Assembly (NCBI GenBank): GCA_002722615.1
Contig: PBMQ01000035.1
Location: 2,460-66,459, forward strand
Direction of reading: 5' to 3'
Source: Methanobacteriota archaeon
GTDB lineage: Archaea > Thermoplasmatota > Poseidoniia > Poseidoniales > Poseidoniaceae
DNA length: 64,000 nucleotides
A model generated the notes under the pieces. That model was not told where the DNA came from and made no database searches. It saw only the letters and a list, made by a program, of their open reading frames with translations. Below are positions 38,204 to 47,519 of the stretch, piece by piece. The first letter of the stretch is position 1, and every line of letters begins with the position of its first letter. The position numbers and the translations under genes are program-made.

Positions 38204-39715
38204 TCAGTTATTCCAATTGGTGATCAGATGGTACATGGTACGGACGTGAATTCCTGTGGCTCCATTACCGACCATGGTGTTGGTCTTGGCTCCCCAGTAC
38301 GTACCTGCAATGTCCATGTGAGCCCAAGTGATTTGTTCTCCATCTTCATCGTAATTTCGGTTTGGTACGAACTGCTTGAGGAATGCAGCCGCAGTGTTTG
38401 CTCCACCATAGCGTCCTGCACCGAGGTTTCGAGTGTCAGCAATCTTTGAATCGGTCATTTCCTTTTCGAAGGCAGGTAGAAGAGGCATTGGCCAAGCCAA
38501 TTCATCAACTGCATTTCCAGCGTCGTGAATCTTGGAGCGGAAGTCATCATCATTGGACCATAGTCCAGTTGCCTCGTGACCTAGAGCGACAACACACGCA
38601 CCGGTGAGTGTGGCGAAATCGATGATGAATTCAGGATCGAATTCACCAGCCTTCCAGAGTCCATCTGAGAGTACGAGTCGACCTTCTGCGTCTGTGTTGA
38701 GGACTTCGATGGTCTTTCCAGAGAGTGTGGTAATGACATCGCCTGGACGTTGTGCATTTGCTGCAGGCATGTTTTCTGCCATACAGGTGATTGCAACGAC
38801 CTTGCCCTCATATCCAGTCGATGCAAGAGCTTGCATGGTTCCAAAGACGGTAGCAGAACCGCCCATGTCGTATTTCATTTCGTCCATGTTTGCACCTGGC
38901 TTGAGAGAGATACCACCTGTGTCGAATGTGATACCCTTTCCAACAAGGAGCGGGCAACGGCCTGGAAGTTCTTTGTTCATCTCAAAGATAACCATGCAAG
39001 GCTTTCGAGAAGAACCCATTCCGACTGCAACAAGTCCACCCATGCCAGCCTTGATGGCGTGCTCGTAGTTGATGATGGTAACTTCGACGTTTTCGTATTG
39101 CTTTGCCCATTCCCATGCCATGTCCGAGAATGCTTCTGGATACATGTCATTTGGAGGGCAGTTTCCAAGGTCACGAGAGAGATGGACTCCGGAAGCAACG
39201 CCAGCGTAGATGCTTACGAGTGCTTCGAGTTCTTCCTCTTGGCCTTCATCGCAAGTAATTCGAACATTTCGTTCTGCTTCTTTGTCCTCTTCTTTTTGCA
39301 TCTTGTACTCATCGTACGAGTAATCACGAAGAAGCATTCCTTCAGCAAAAGCGCCCATGGATTCAACATCTGCACCAGCAAAGCGAACGGTGAGATCAGT
39401 GCCGTGCGTCTTCTTGCGAGCCGCAACGACTGCAGCCCCTGCCTTTCTGTAAGCGTGAGCATCTGCGTCATCTTCCTTGCCGAGGCCAACGAGCATTGCC
39501 TTTCCGCCTTCACTACCAACAAGGGTCATAGTGGACTTTGCCTTTCCTTTGAAATCTCCATCGGCAAGAACACGGTTGATTTGGGCCTTAAGTGCAACAT
39601 GCAAGCCTGTAGCATGGGCTTCTGGTACGAGATCTGTCCCTTCAAAGAGGGGGAGAATAAGGGTTCCATCGATGTTGTGGCTTGGACTTACGCTGATTTG
39701 CATGGTCATTGCCAA
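38204..39715 (-). CDS. pepA: Leucyl aminopeptidase (M17)
   Basis: MKYDMGGSA and VLNTDAEGRLVLSD metal-site motifs. 503 aa. Confidence 0.9.
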   Translation of the reverse strand: MAMTMQISVSPSHNIDGTLILPLFEGTDLVPEAHATGLHVALKAQINRVLADGDFKGKAKSTMTLVGSEGGKAMLVGLGKEDDADAHAYRKAGAAVVAARKKTHGTDLTVRFAGADVESMGAFAEGMLLRDYSYDEYKMQKEEDKEAERNVRITCDEGQEEELEALVSIYAGVASGVHLSRDLGNCPPNDMYPEAFSDMAWEWAKQYENVEVTIINYEHAIKAGMGGLVAVGMGSSRKPCMVIFEMNKELPGRCPLLVGKGITFDTGGISLKPGANMDEMKYDMGGSATVFGTMQALASTGYEGKVVAITCMAENMPAANAQRPGDVITTLSGKTIEVLNTDAEGRLVLSDGLWKAGEFDPEFIIDFATLTGACVVALGHEATGLWSNDDDFRSKIHDAGNAVDELAWPMPLLPAFEKEMTDSKIADTRNLGAGRYGGANTAAAFLKQFVPNRNYDEDGEQITWAHMDIAGTYWGAKTNTMVGNGATGIHVRTMYHLITNWNN

Positions 39716-39757
39716 CCTCTTGAAGGTCTTGAAACCTTGCGAATAGATTTCAGCAAA

Positions 39758-41122
39758 TTAGGCCGTTTCTTCGTCCTCATTTCGGAGTAATGAGATAACA
39801 GCCAAACCAGCGAGGATCGTTGTTGGGCTGAACAATCCATAGCCGATGAGGAAACTGGACTCATCAGGAATTCTTACAACAATGGTACTGATATTGAGAG
39901 GCTCAGACACCCACTTGGAGGCATCAATGACGCGCTTTTGATAGTACAATTGCCACGATCCTGAAGTGGAGTATGTGAGATTCGTAGCATCGAGTGTAGC
40001 AACGGTAGAATTGCTTGCATTAACGGAGAATAACGAAGATGTCCATGCCACTTGACCACTCGAATCGACATATTGTAGACTTGCGTTCGTCGTGGAGGCA
40101 TGTCCAAGATTATCCACATCGATGATGACCTCGTTGTCATCAATTTGAATCGACTGAACATCGAGACGTGCTCTCCAATACCATACATTGGTGATGAGGT
40201 AGCGCATGACATCCATCTCTTCACCTAATCGTTCGTTGAGCGCTTCAACAGATCCAGGTACGAATTGTTCGTCGTCAGTTTCGAAGGTAAAGGTAGGGAA
40301 GCCCATCACGCCGTATCCATAGTCTCTGCTCGTCCCACAGTTCGGGTACAATCCTTGATTGGCGTTTTGAATTGGAATCTCAGAGATATTGGCTTGGACC
40401 TCTTCTCGGATGCCGTGGAACAATTCCCAATCAGCGGGTTGATGTGCCCACTTGCCCCAAGGATAGAGCATAATCCATACACCGGTATGCATCGTGACAT
40501 AGAGATCTGCATCCGAAACAACATCGTTCATGTATTGAGAATTTGCTGCAGTCTCGGATTCACTGAATGCTGCGCTTCCTGGTTGGGTTGTGGGGCAGGT
40601 GTTCCAGTAATGATCGTAATTTCGATTCAAATCAACTTGGTTAATGTTCCAACGTGTGTCGAAGTCGTTACCATCTGGATTGAGCATGATAAGAACGTGG
40701 ATTTCTGTATTTTGAAGTGCATCAATCGCTTCCTGATTGCCTTCATTCCATCCATCAATGTACCACTTTGCTGATAACCAAGCAAGTGCTGTGCCAAGGT
40801 ACTCATTGCCGTGGTGGCCTCCATCGATGTAAACGATCTCCTTCTTGCTTCCGTCGGCTTTTGTTTCCATTGACCAATCAGAAAGTTGGACAACCCACAA
40901 CGTCTTACCGAGTTCCGAGTTACCAACATCCACCAATTGAACCACATCGGGATTGTTATCTGCCCAGTCGTTAACCTCCATGGTCAAAGCCGCCCAAGTC
41001 ATGTGGACGTGGTTGTCGATGGGTTCACCTGGCCACGCCTCTTCTGAATCTGAGGAAGCGCTAGCCAGCGGCGAAAGGCCCGCAAGAAGGAAACAAAGAA
41101 CGAGACCAACTGCGACACGCAT
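39758..41122 (-). CDS. Secreted M14 zinc carboxypeptidase with C-terminal membrane anchor
   Basis: Signal MRVAVGLVLCFLLAGLSPLASA. GGHHGNEYLG (HxxE), MLNPDGNDF, VTMHTG third ligand region. C-terminal ILAGLAVISLL plus acidic tail. Confidence 0.8.
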   Translation of the reverse strand: MRVAVGLVLCFLLAGLSPLASASSDSEEAWPGEPIDNHVHMTWAALTMEVNDWADNNPDVVQLVDVGNSELGKTLWVVQLSDWSMETKADGSKKEIVYIDGGHHGNEYLGTALAWLSAKWYIDGWNEGNQEAIDALQNTEIHVLIMLNPDGNDFDTRWNINQVDLNRNYDHYWNTCPTTQPGSAAFSESETAANSQYMNDVVSDADLYVTMHTGVWIMLYPWGKWAHQPADWELFHGIREEVQANISEIPIQNANQGLYPNCGTSRDYGYGVMGFPTFTFETDDEQFVPGSVEALNERLGEEMDVMRYLITNVWYWRARLDVQSIQIDDNEVIIDVDNLGHASTTNASLQYVDSSGQVAWTSSLFSVNASNSTVATLDATNLTYSTSGSWQLYYQKRVIDASKWVSEPLNISTIVVRIPDESSFLIGYGLFSPTTILAGLAVISLLRNEDEETA

Positions 41123-41167
41123 GGTAGGGCCTCTCAGCGGTGAATCAAAAACGCTTGCTTAGGCAGT

Positions 41168-41587
41168 TCACCAATCGCTGGTGAAGGCGTTTGGGTTCTG
41201 AACCTTCTCAGATTCACGAGTCCAAATCGAATGACCATCAGTCCCGTATACATCCGCAAAGGGATCGATGTCCTCTGGCTTGCGCTGTCGTTGCATGTAG
41301 GATTCGACACGCTCCTTGAGATCAGGCTTGAACTTCCAGTAATGGATTCGCCATTCACGTCCGTCCCATAGGGTGGTTTCTTCGGATTCGGTCGTCAAAA
41401 GATCGTAATCTTGGAACATGTAAAACAAGTTTCGATCTGTTGGCTCGAGTGCATTGTCGATAATGCGATTGTAAAAGCCAAAGAATCCTAATGCGTGTTC
41501 TGCCATGCCTGCAGCAACCTCTGCATCCATTTCAGTATCGATATGTTGTTGTATTGCTTGCGTCAACGATTGTAGTGTCATTCCCAT
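41168..41587 (-). CDS. Hypothetical cytoplasmic protein (~139 aa)
   Basis: GAGGTGAT SD 6 nt before the ATG at 41587 (ORF open to 41659). No motif recognised. Ends ...NAFTSDW. Confidence 0.5.
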   Translation of the reverse strand: MGMTLQSLTQAIQQHIDTEMDAEVAAGMAEHALGFFGFYNRIIDNALEPTDRNLFYMFQDYDLLTTESEETTLWDGREWRIHYWKFKPDLKERVESYMQRQRKPEDIDPFADVYGTDGHSIWTRESEKVQNPNAFTSDW

Positions 41588-41749
41588 CTCTCCATCACCT
41601 CGCCTCGGTATTTCCCCCGAGTACACTAATGTATATTGGTTGCCGAAGTATATTAACACATCGGCCGTTTTTCTTGTAAATCAGGTTTAGAGCGCGATTT
41701 TTGGCTTGATTTTGGGAATACTTAGAAGCAAACAAGAGACGCGGACATC

Positions 41750-42748
41750 ATGGAGGACGAGGGTATGCCAACCTTCCTTGGACTTGACCAAGGTAAAGGC
41801 GATGTCGATATCGCCATCCTTTCCCTTCCTTACGAATTGACAACATCATACGGGCAAGGCACTGCTCAAGGCCCAATGGCATGCATTGAAGCATCGGCAC
41901 AGGTGGAATTGTACGATGAACAAATCGGAGATGATTTACCATCTGGATATTCCATTCACACCATTCCAGAATGGGTTGGGGAAGAACCTACGCTTCTGCA
42001 ACAACTGGATTCGATGAGCGGTTATCTCATTCCTTGGTTTAAGGGCGATTGCTTCCCACTTTGTCTGGGCGGTGAACACGGCATACTACCTCCTATCATG
42101 GAAGCTGTGCGTCATCATCCTGCAGTGGACGATGATCTATCGAACCTCACCATCGTCCAAATCGATGCGCATGGAGACCTACGTCATGAACTGGATGGAG
42201 AGATTTATTCTCACGCGTGCGCGGCTGCACGAGCACTCGATGCTGGAGTAGGCGCCCTTCTACAAGTTGGCATTCGCGCGTTCAGTAAAGAGGAACATCA
42301 TCTCATGCTGAACGACGAGCGCATTACGACCTTCTTCGCTAAAGACACTCAATCTCCTTACAACGGAGCAAAACACTGGGAAGACTGGTTGAAAACCCTC
42401 CGATCGATTGAGGGACCAGTCCACCTCACCATCGACATCGATGGTCTTGATGGAGCCTTGGTTCCAACAACAGGAACCCCAGTTCCTGGTGGGCTGACCT
42501 TCTGGCAGGTACATGAAACGATTCAGACCTTGTTCAATGCACCAAATGCTCTGATTGTAAGTGCTGATGTTAACGAAATTGGGGTCCAAGAGGAATCTCC
42601 TCTTACCCAATTCACAGCAGCAATGCTGGCAACAAAAGTCATTGCAAGTCATATTTTGGCTCGTAAAGAAGGAAGGTGGGAGGCGTTAGCACCTCCATTT
42701 GATGCGTTTCGGTCAAGCGTTTCATATCAACACTTTTCGAAAACATGA
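41750..42748 (+). CDS. speB: Agmatinase / ureohydrolase family protein
   Basis: Mn-site motifs GGEHGI, QIDAHGDLR, TIDIDGLDGALVP. Confidence 0.85.
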   Translation: MEDEGMPTFLGLDQGKGDVDIAILSLPYELTTSYGQGTAQGPMACIEASAQVELYDEQIGDDLPSGYSIHTIPEWVGEEPTLLQQLDSMSGYLIPWFKGDCFPLCLGGEHGILPPIMEAVRHHPAVDDDLSNLTIVQIDAHGDLRHELDGEIYSHACAAARALDAGVGALLQVGIRAFSKEEHHLMLNDERITTFFAKDTQSPYNGAKHWEDWLKTLRSIEGPVHLTIDIDGLDGALVPTTGTPVPGGLTFWQVHETIQTLFNAPNALIVSADVNEIGVQEESPLTQFTAAMLATKVIASHILARKEGRWEALAPPFDAFRSSVSYQHFSKT

Positions 42749-42889
42749 CCAAAGAAGGGGATAAATACTTGATTTGGTTGCTTGGCAAAGAAGTCATTCG
42801 ATTCTCAAAGGCGACCCCCCAATGCGGAGAAACACCGAACAAACCACGTGCTAAGAAGCAGATTGAACACAAAACAAGGAGTGGTTACG

Positions 42890-43276
42890 TTGAATAAAAC
42901 ATCTCAAGGGAAACATATTTTTCTCGATTATACAGAATTTTTCCCATCGTCAATGTTCGATGGAGATCAAATGCTTGATCTGATGAAAGAAGCCGTATCA
43001 AGAAGTGGAGCCAGAGAAGTGCACGCACATGTCGAGAATTTTGATGGCTCTGTATCTCCACCAGGCTTTGCGGCAGCAGTTCTTATTGACGAAAGCCATG
43101 TAAGTGCTCATTGTTATTCTGAACGAGGGCTACTCGCCATCGATGCATTCACTTGCGGAACGACAAATCCGGAAACAATCATTTCTCAATTGAAGGATGC
43201 ACTCTCTGAGTGTTGTCCAACGTTGGTTTTGATGCAAGAGAAGTGCGTCGAACGCTTCCTTTTACCTGAGGTGTGA
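42890..43276 (+). CDS. speH: Pyruvoyl-dependent S-adenosylmethionine decarboxylase proenzyme (class 1)
   Basis: LIDESHVSAHCYSE with the Glu-Ser self-cleavage site. AAGGAG SD 8 nt before the TTG at 42890 gives a ~128-aa protein of the usual size. The ORF is open from a TTG at 42782. Confidence 0.8.
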   Translation: MNKTSQGKHIFLDYTEFFPSSMFDGDQMLDLMKEAVSRSGAREVHAHVENFDGSVSPPGFAAAVLIDESHVSAHCYSERGLLAIDAFTCGTTNPETIISQLKDALSECCPTLVLMQEKCVERFLLPEV

Positions 43277-43278
43277 AG

Positions 43279-44235
43279 ATGACGATCCGTTCGACCATTG
43301 AATCGTACTTTCACCACTTCAACGCTGGTGAATTGTCAAAGATGTCCGCATCTTTGTTGAAGCATCTTGAATCTGGTGGAAGGTTGTTCATCACCTTGGC
43401 AGGTGCAATGAGTACTGCAGGGATTGGGAAAATACTCGCCCCAATGATTCACAAAGGGTACGTTGCCGGAATCAGTTGCACGGGAGCAAATTTGGAAGAA
43501 GATGTATTTCGAATGATGGCTTTTCCTCACTACACCTCAATTGAAAATTGGAGGGGATTATCACCCCGAGATGATGAGCAATTGTTCAATAACAACATGA
43601 ATCGAGTTACGGATGTCTGTATTCCTGAACAGGAAGCAATTCGAGCATTGGAGTCGCCCCTCCTTGATGCTTGGCAAGTTGCTTCATCAGCAGGAGTTCG
43701 TCAACTTCCTCACCGTTATTTCTATGACATACTTCGAAATGAGACATTGTTGAATACGGCAAAGGGGGACCCAGATGCATCGTGGGTCTTTGCTGCGACA
43801 GAAACCAATCTCCCTGTCTTCGTACCAGGATGGGAGGATTCGACGATGGGGAATATTTTCGCAGCTCGATCGATGGAAGGTGAAGTAGATTCAGACTGTG
43901 TTTTGTCTGGAATTGAATACATGAAAGACCTCGCTACTTGGTACGAAGAGCAAGAATCTGCACTAGCTTTCTTGCAAATTGGTGGAGGAATTGCTGGCGA
44001 TTTCCCTATTTGTGTCGTTCCTATGCTCAATCAGGACCTTGAACGAAACGTTCCACTATGGTCATGGTTTGGCCAAATTTCAGAGTCACGACCGTCCTAT
44101 GGGGGATATTCAGGTGCGCCACCGAGTGAGAAAATCACATGGGGTAAAATCGATGCATCAACGCCAACGTTTGTCGTTGAGAGCGATGCGACGATTGTCG
44201 CCCCGCTGTTGTTTGCTTACATCTTGAACCTATGA
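43279..44235 (+). CDS. dys: Deoxyhypusine synthase
   Basis: LFITLAGAMSTAGIGKILAPMIHKGYVAGISCTGANLEEDVF and the WGK/ESDATIV-region resemble DHS. GAGGTG 5 nt before the ATG. Alternative GTG at 43273 overlaps the speH stop. Confidence 0.8.
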   Translation: MTIRSTIESYFHHFNAGELSKMSASLLKHLESGGRLFITLAGAMSTAGIGKILAPMIHKGYVAGISCTGANLEEDVFRMMAFPHYTSIENWRGLSPRDDEQLFNNNMNRVTDVCIPEQEAIRALESPLLDAWQVASSAGVRQLPHRYFYDILRNETLLNTAKGDPDASWVFAATETNLPVFVPGWEDSTMGNIFAARSMEGEVDSDCVLSGIEYMKDLATWYEEQESALAFLQIGGGIAGDFPICVVPMLNQDLERNVPLWSWFGQISESRPSYGGYSGAPPSEKITWGKIDASTPTFVVESDATIVAPLLFAYILNL

Positions 44236-44289
44236 TTGTTGAAACAACGCCCCCAAACCCTTAGAGATGAGCGGGTCTAAGTTCTCGAT

Positions 44290-47200
44290 ATGGGATGGCA
44301 CCGAAGTCTTCTGCTTGTGTGTATGTTGCTGCTTGCGCCAATGTCGTTCTTGGCTTCTGCTCAAGATACGCCAACCGTTTCAATTACAACCGATTGGACA
44401 AGTGATTCGGCCCTGTCAAATGAACATGCATACATCCTAACATTCGGAGATGCATCTGCTCACGATTATGATGTTACGATTGAACATATCCGTGATTCTG
44501 CAGACCTTGGCCCATCAATACAGACGACATTTCTTGAAAACACTCCCGTGTTGACTGCACGAATTGTTCTCGATACTGATCTCGCTTGGAACGATTCGGT
44601 TTCGATATCGATTGCCATTAACGGTCATGATGGCAACCCTCTTCCTGCTCCAATCATCATTGAGAGAATGTTCACCGTAGGTTCATGGAATCAACCGATG
44701 GCCGATCATGAAGTGACGACGACAACAGCATGGTCACTTGAACAAAATTATGAGACTGAAGATGGAAACCAGTCCTTCGTCCTCTTCTTTGAGGGCAACG
44801 GTTGGCAACAACGCATCGGTGAGGTGTTGAATTCCTATGAACTCGGGGACGGGACACTCACAACTTCTGAAAACACGGATAATTCGACAACGATCTTTGA
44901 TCTGGATTTTGAATCGTTTTGGAAGAATGAAACAGTAACCTCCGGAGTCCTCACTTCGCAAGTCATTCAGGCTCGTGGAACCGGTGACATCATCCTACAA
45001 CTCGAAGAAGACGGACTGGTGACAACGGTCAACGGTACAGTTGTTGACGCCCTCCTGAACCGTTCCAACATCGACAATGTCGTAACAGAACGCCTTCGTT
45101 TGGAGGCCTTTGGCTCCCTTCTTGTGAACGGTGAAGACGACGGTGCTCAATTCGATGTTGATGGTGATATCAGCCTTCTTTTGTTGGAGACAATCGATAT
45201 TGATGGAGTACGTGTTCTCGAGCATACCCAAATTGAAGCAACTGCAGACATGCTGCTAACCGATGATGGCTCAGAGTTCAACCTTCAGTTGGACCAATTT
45301 GAGACGCTCGAGCGTTGGGAAAACGGTGTCCGAGTCGACCATCTGGAGTTGACTCGAGGTGATGGGACCTTTGGATTTGAGGACGAGGAAGAAAACTCTT
45401 CAATGGTCGTCAATGGAACAGTCCACACGTTCCACAGTCTCGTTGAGGACGGAATTACACTGATTGATGACGTTCATGTGGATGGTACATTATCGGGCGA
45501 TGTCCAAGGTACGTTTGGTGCCCTACAAACCATAGAAGAAACAGGTACACAACGCAATCACACCCTTGTCGAACACGATGTAAACGTTATTCATAGTGAG
45601 ACTTGGTTCAACGTGACTGGTATTGGTGGAAGCAATTTCTTTGGTGGAAGTGGAGCGGGTTCCTACTACAACAATTCCTACATCTACCAAGCAACTAATG
45701 CGGATTGGGACAATCGAACGGTTCGTCTCGTATGGACCGAAACAGGGCCTGATCCTTCAAATGGAGATGAACGTCCTGAACGCAGTCCAATCGAACAAAA
45801 CCCCACACCCCCACAAGTGGAAGAAGCTCTTGGTAACATCTCTGTTGGACGAGAGGCCGGATTTGCACCAGTTCCTATGGAAACTGGCGATGTCGTCCGC
45901 CTCCTTGCCCAAGATGGTATTGTTCTGACAGTAACAGCTGGCCAAGAAACAGTTGAGCCCAGGGACGCAAAGAACCTCAGTGTAATTGAGTGGACTGGGG
46001 TATACAGCGACGGTGTTTCAGGAACCGCTTTCGGTTCAATCGTTCACAAGGGACCACTGATGGGCCTTCTCGCAAGCACAACACGTTCCTTTGAGATTGA
46101 ATTTGGTGACAATGGCGAACTTGCCCTCCTCAATGAATCGCAGGCAGTTGATGCCATTCTTTCTCCAAGCATTGTTTCAGCAGACGATAATACTGCGCCT
46201 CAGATTCTTGATCTATCATTAACCGAAGGTCTTGTCTTTGGGGAAGGGGCATCACCTTCTCGTTTGGTTGCTGCTGTAGATGATATAGATTGGAATGTTG
46301 TCAGCGTAATTGTTGATCTTTCCTCAGTTGGACTAGGAACCGTTTCTATGAATGATCGTGGTCTTAATGGTGATCAGACAATTGGTGACAATGAATGGAC
46401 AGCTATGGTCTCAGTTCAGGGACTGGAAGTTGGAGATGTCTCAATTAGCGTGGAAGTGATTGATGAATGGGGTGAAACCGATACCCTCACAACAACCATG
46501 ACGGTTGAAAATCAAGCGCCGCGCATCCTCAGCACTTCGATTACTCCAGAAACTGTTGTACGTGGAGGAGCTACGCTTCTGTCACTCGATGTTCTTGATT
46601 ATCATGGTGTCGCTTCTGTTGTGGTGGATTTGCGTCAGTACGGTGGTGATGAAATCCCATGCATGAAACTCGATGTCTGGACATGTGAGCTGGTTATTCC
46701 TGATGGAATGACGCCGGGAGTTCAATTACTCAAGGTTCGATTAACTGATGATCTTGGGGCTACGATTTTGGTGTCAAGAACCCAAGCATCCGAGCATCAC
46801 TTCCAACCCAGTTCAACCGACGTTGATTTGGCAGTAACAGTTGAAAATACACCCCCTACACTTACTCTGATCACAAGCGAAGCATTGGAGCGCGGGGATT
46901 CCAATTCTGAACAAGCCATTGAGATTCGAGTCGCAGATGCCGATGGAATTCTTCTGGTCCGAGCAGACCTTGGTGTCCTCAAACCTCTTGGTCAAACTGC
47001 ACGATGGGTTACATTGTACGACAACGGACAAGGCTTGGACAATGAAGCTAATGACGGAATTTATACCGCTTCGGCTTCGATTCGCACCTCAACTCCGATC
47101 AGCACTCATGAAATTTTCATCCAAGCCTCGGATTCCTTTGGAGATGCCACACCTCCAATTTCCTACATCGTATTCGTAGAAAAAGCCGATGAAGGCGGGC

Positions 47201-47340
47201 TCGGTTCGACTGGGGATGAATCTTCACTAACACTCATTGCAATTCTCGTTGGTGTTGCCGCTCTTGTTGCAGGTTTGCTCGTCTATTTCCGACAACGTCA
47301 GCCCCCAAAGGAAGGACAGGATCGTTTCGGTTTCCAATGA
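44290..47340 (+). CDS. Large surface protein (signal peptide, tandem Ig-like repeats, C-terminal TM anchor)
   Basis: MGWHRSLLLVCMLLLAPMSFLASAQD signal. Acidic Thr/Asp/Val-rich body. Three ~107-115-aa repeats (46183..47184). TM LTLIAILVGVAALVAGLLVYF plus a basic tail. Confidence 0.7.
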   Translation: MGWHRSLLLVCMLLLAPMSFLASAQDTPTVSITTDWTSDSALSNEHAYILTFGDASAHDYDVTIEHIRDSADLGPSIQTTFLENTPVLTARIVLDTDLAWNDSVSISIAINGHDGNPLPAPIIIERMFTVGSWNQPMADHEVTTTTAWSLEQNYETEDGNQSFVLFFEGNGWQQRIGEVLNSYELGDGTLTTSENTDNSTTIFDLDFESFWKNETVTSGVLTSQVIQARGTGDIILQLEEDGLVTTVNGTVVDALLNRSNIDNVVTERLRLEAFGSLLVNGEDDGAQFDVDGDISLLLLETIDIDGVRVLEHTQIEATADMLLTDDGSEFNLQLDQFETLERWENGVRVDHLELTRGDGTFGFEDEEENSSMVVNGTVHTFHSLVEDGITLIDDVHVDGTLSGDVQGTFGALQTIEETGTQRNHTLVEHDVNVIHSETWFNVTGIGGSNFFGGSGAGSYYNNSYIYQATNADWDNRTVRLVWTETGPDPSNGDERPERSPIEQNPTPPQVEEALGNISVGREAGFAPVPMETGDVVRLLAQDGIVLTVTAGQETVEPRDAKNLSVIEWTGVYSDGVSGTAFGSIVHKGPLMGLLASTTRSFEIEFGDNGELALLNESQAVDAILSPSIVSADDNTAPQILDLSLTEGLVFGEGASPSRLVAAVDDIDWNVVSVIVDLSSVGLGTVSMNDRGLNGDQTIGDNEWTAMVSVQGLEVGDVSISVEVIDEWGETDTLTTTMTVENQAPRILSTSITPETVVRGGATLLSLDVLDYHGVASVVVDLRQYGGDEIPCMKLDVWTCELVIPDGMTPGVQLLKVRLTDDLGATILVSRTQASEHHFQPSSTDVDLAVTVENTPPTLTLITSEALERGDSNSEQAIEIRVADADGILLVRADLGVLKPLGQTARWVTLYDNGQGLDNEANDGIYTASASIRTSTPISTHEIFIQASDSFGDATPPISYIVFVEKADEGGLGSTGDESSLTLIAILVGVAALVAGLLVYFRQRQPPKEGQDRFGFQ

Positions 47341-47363
47341 GCACAGAATTCCTCCGACAATCG

Positions 47364-47369
47364 TTTATA
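47364..47369 (+). promoter_or_regulatory. TATA box (TTTATA) for tRNA-Gly
   Basis: 29-34 nt upstream of the mature 5' end at 47398. Confidence 0.5.
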
Positions 47370-47397
47370 CCCCTGCTCAGTGGGTTGGTTACTACCT

Positions 47398-47472
47398 GCG
47401 AGCGTAGTGTAGTGGTTATCACCGGGCGTTGCCAACGCCTGAACCCGGGTTCGAGTCCCGGCGCTCGCACCA
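47398..47472 (+). tRNA. tRNA-Gly (anticodon GCC), CCA encoded
   Basis: Cloverleaf folded by hand. Acceptor GCGAGCG/CGCTCGC. Anticodon stem GGGCG/CGCCT with loop TTGCCAA. T arm CCGGG-TTCGAGT-CCCGG. Discriminator A73 (as I recall, the archaeal/eukaryal state for tRNA-Gly). Genomic CCA. Confidence 0.9.
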
Positions 47473-47490
47473 AAATCCAATGAAAGAGTC

Positions 47491-47498
47491 TTTACATA
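47491..47498 (+). promoter_or_regulatory. TATA-like box (TTTACATA) for alba, leaderless
   Basis: 22-29 nt upstream of the ATG at 47520. Confidence 0.45.
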
Positions 47499-47519
47499 CT
47501 GCTTGTGCAATGGCAGTAC

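Noticed and set aside
38750-39790. 346-aa plus-strand ORF antisense to pepA
   Set aside because: No motif and Cys/His/Phe-rich odd composition. It overlaps the M17 peptidase gene, which has clear catalytic motifs. Judged a shadow ORF.
47234-47510. Two minus-strand ORFs (79 and 70 aa) between the surface protein gene and alba
   Set aside because: They run antisense through the hand-folded tRNA-Gly (47398..47472). The tRNA explains the region.
47341-47519. tRNA-Gly as an integration hotspot or genomic island border
   Set aside because: No integrase, no direct repeat of the tRNA 3' end and no mobile genes on either side. The flanking genes are a surface protein and alba.
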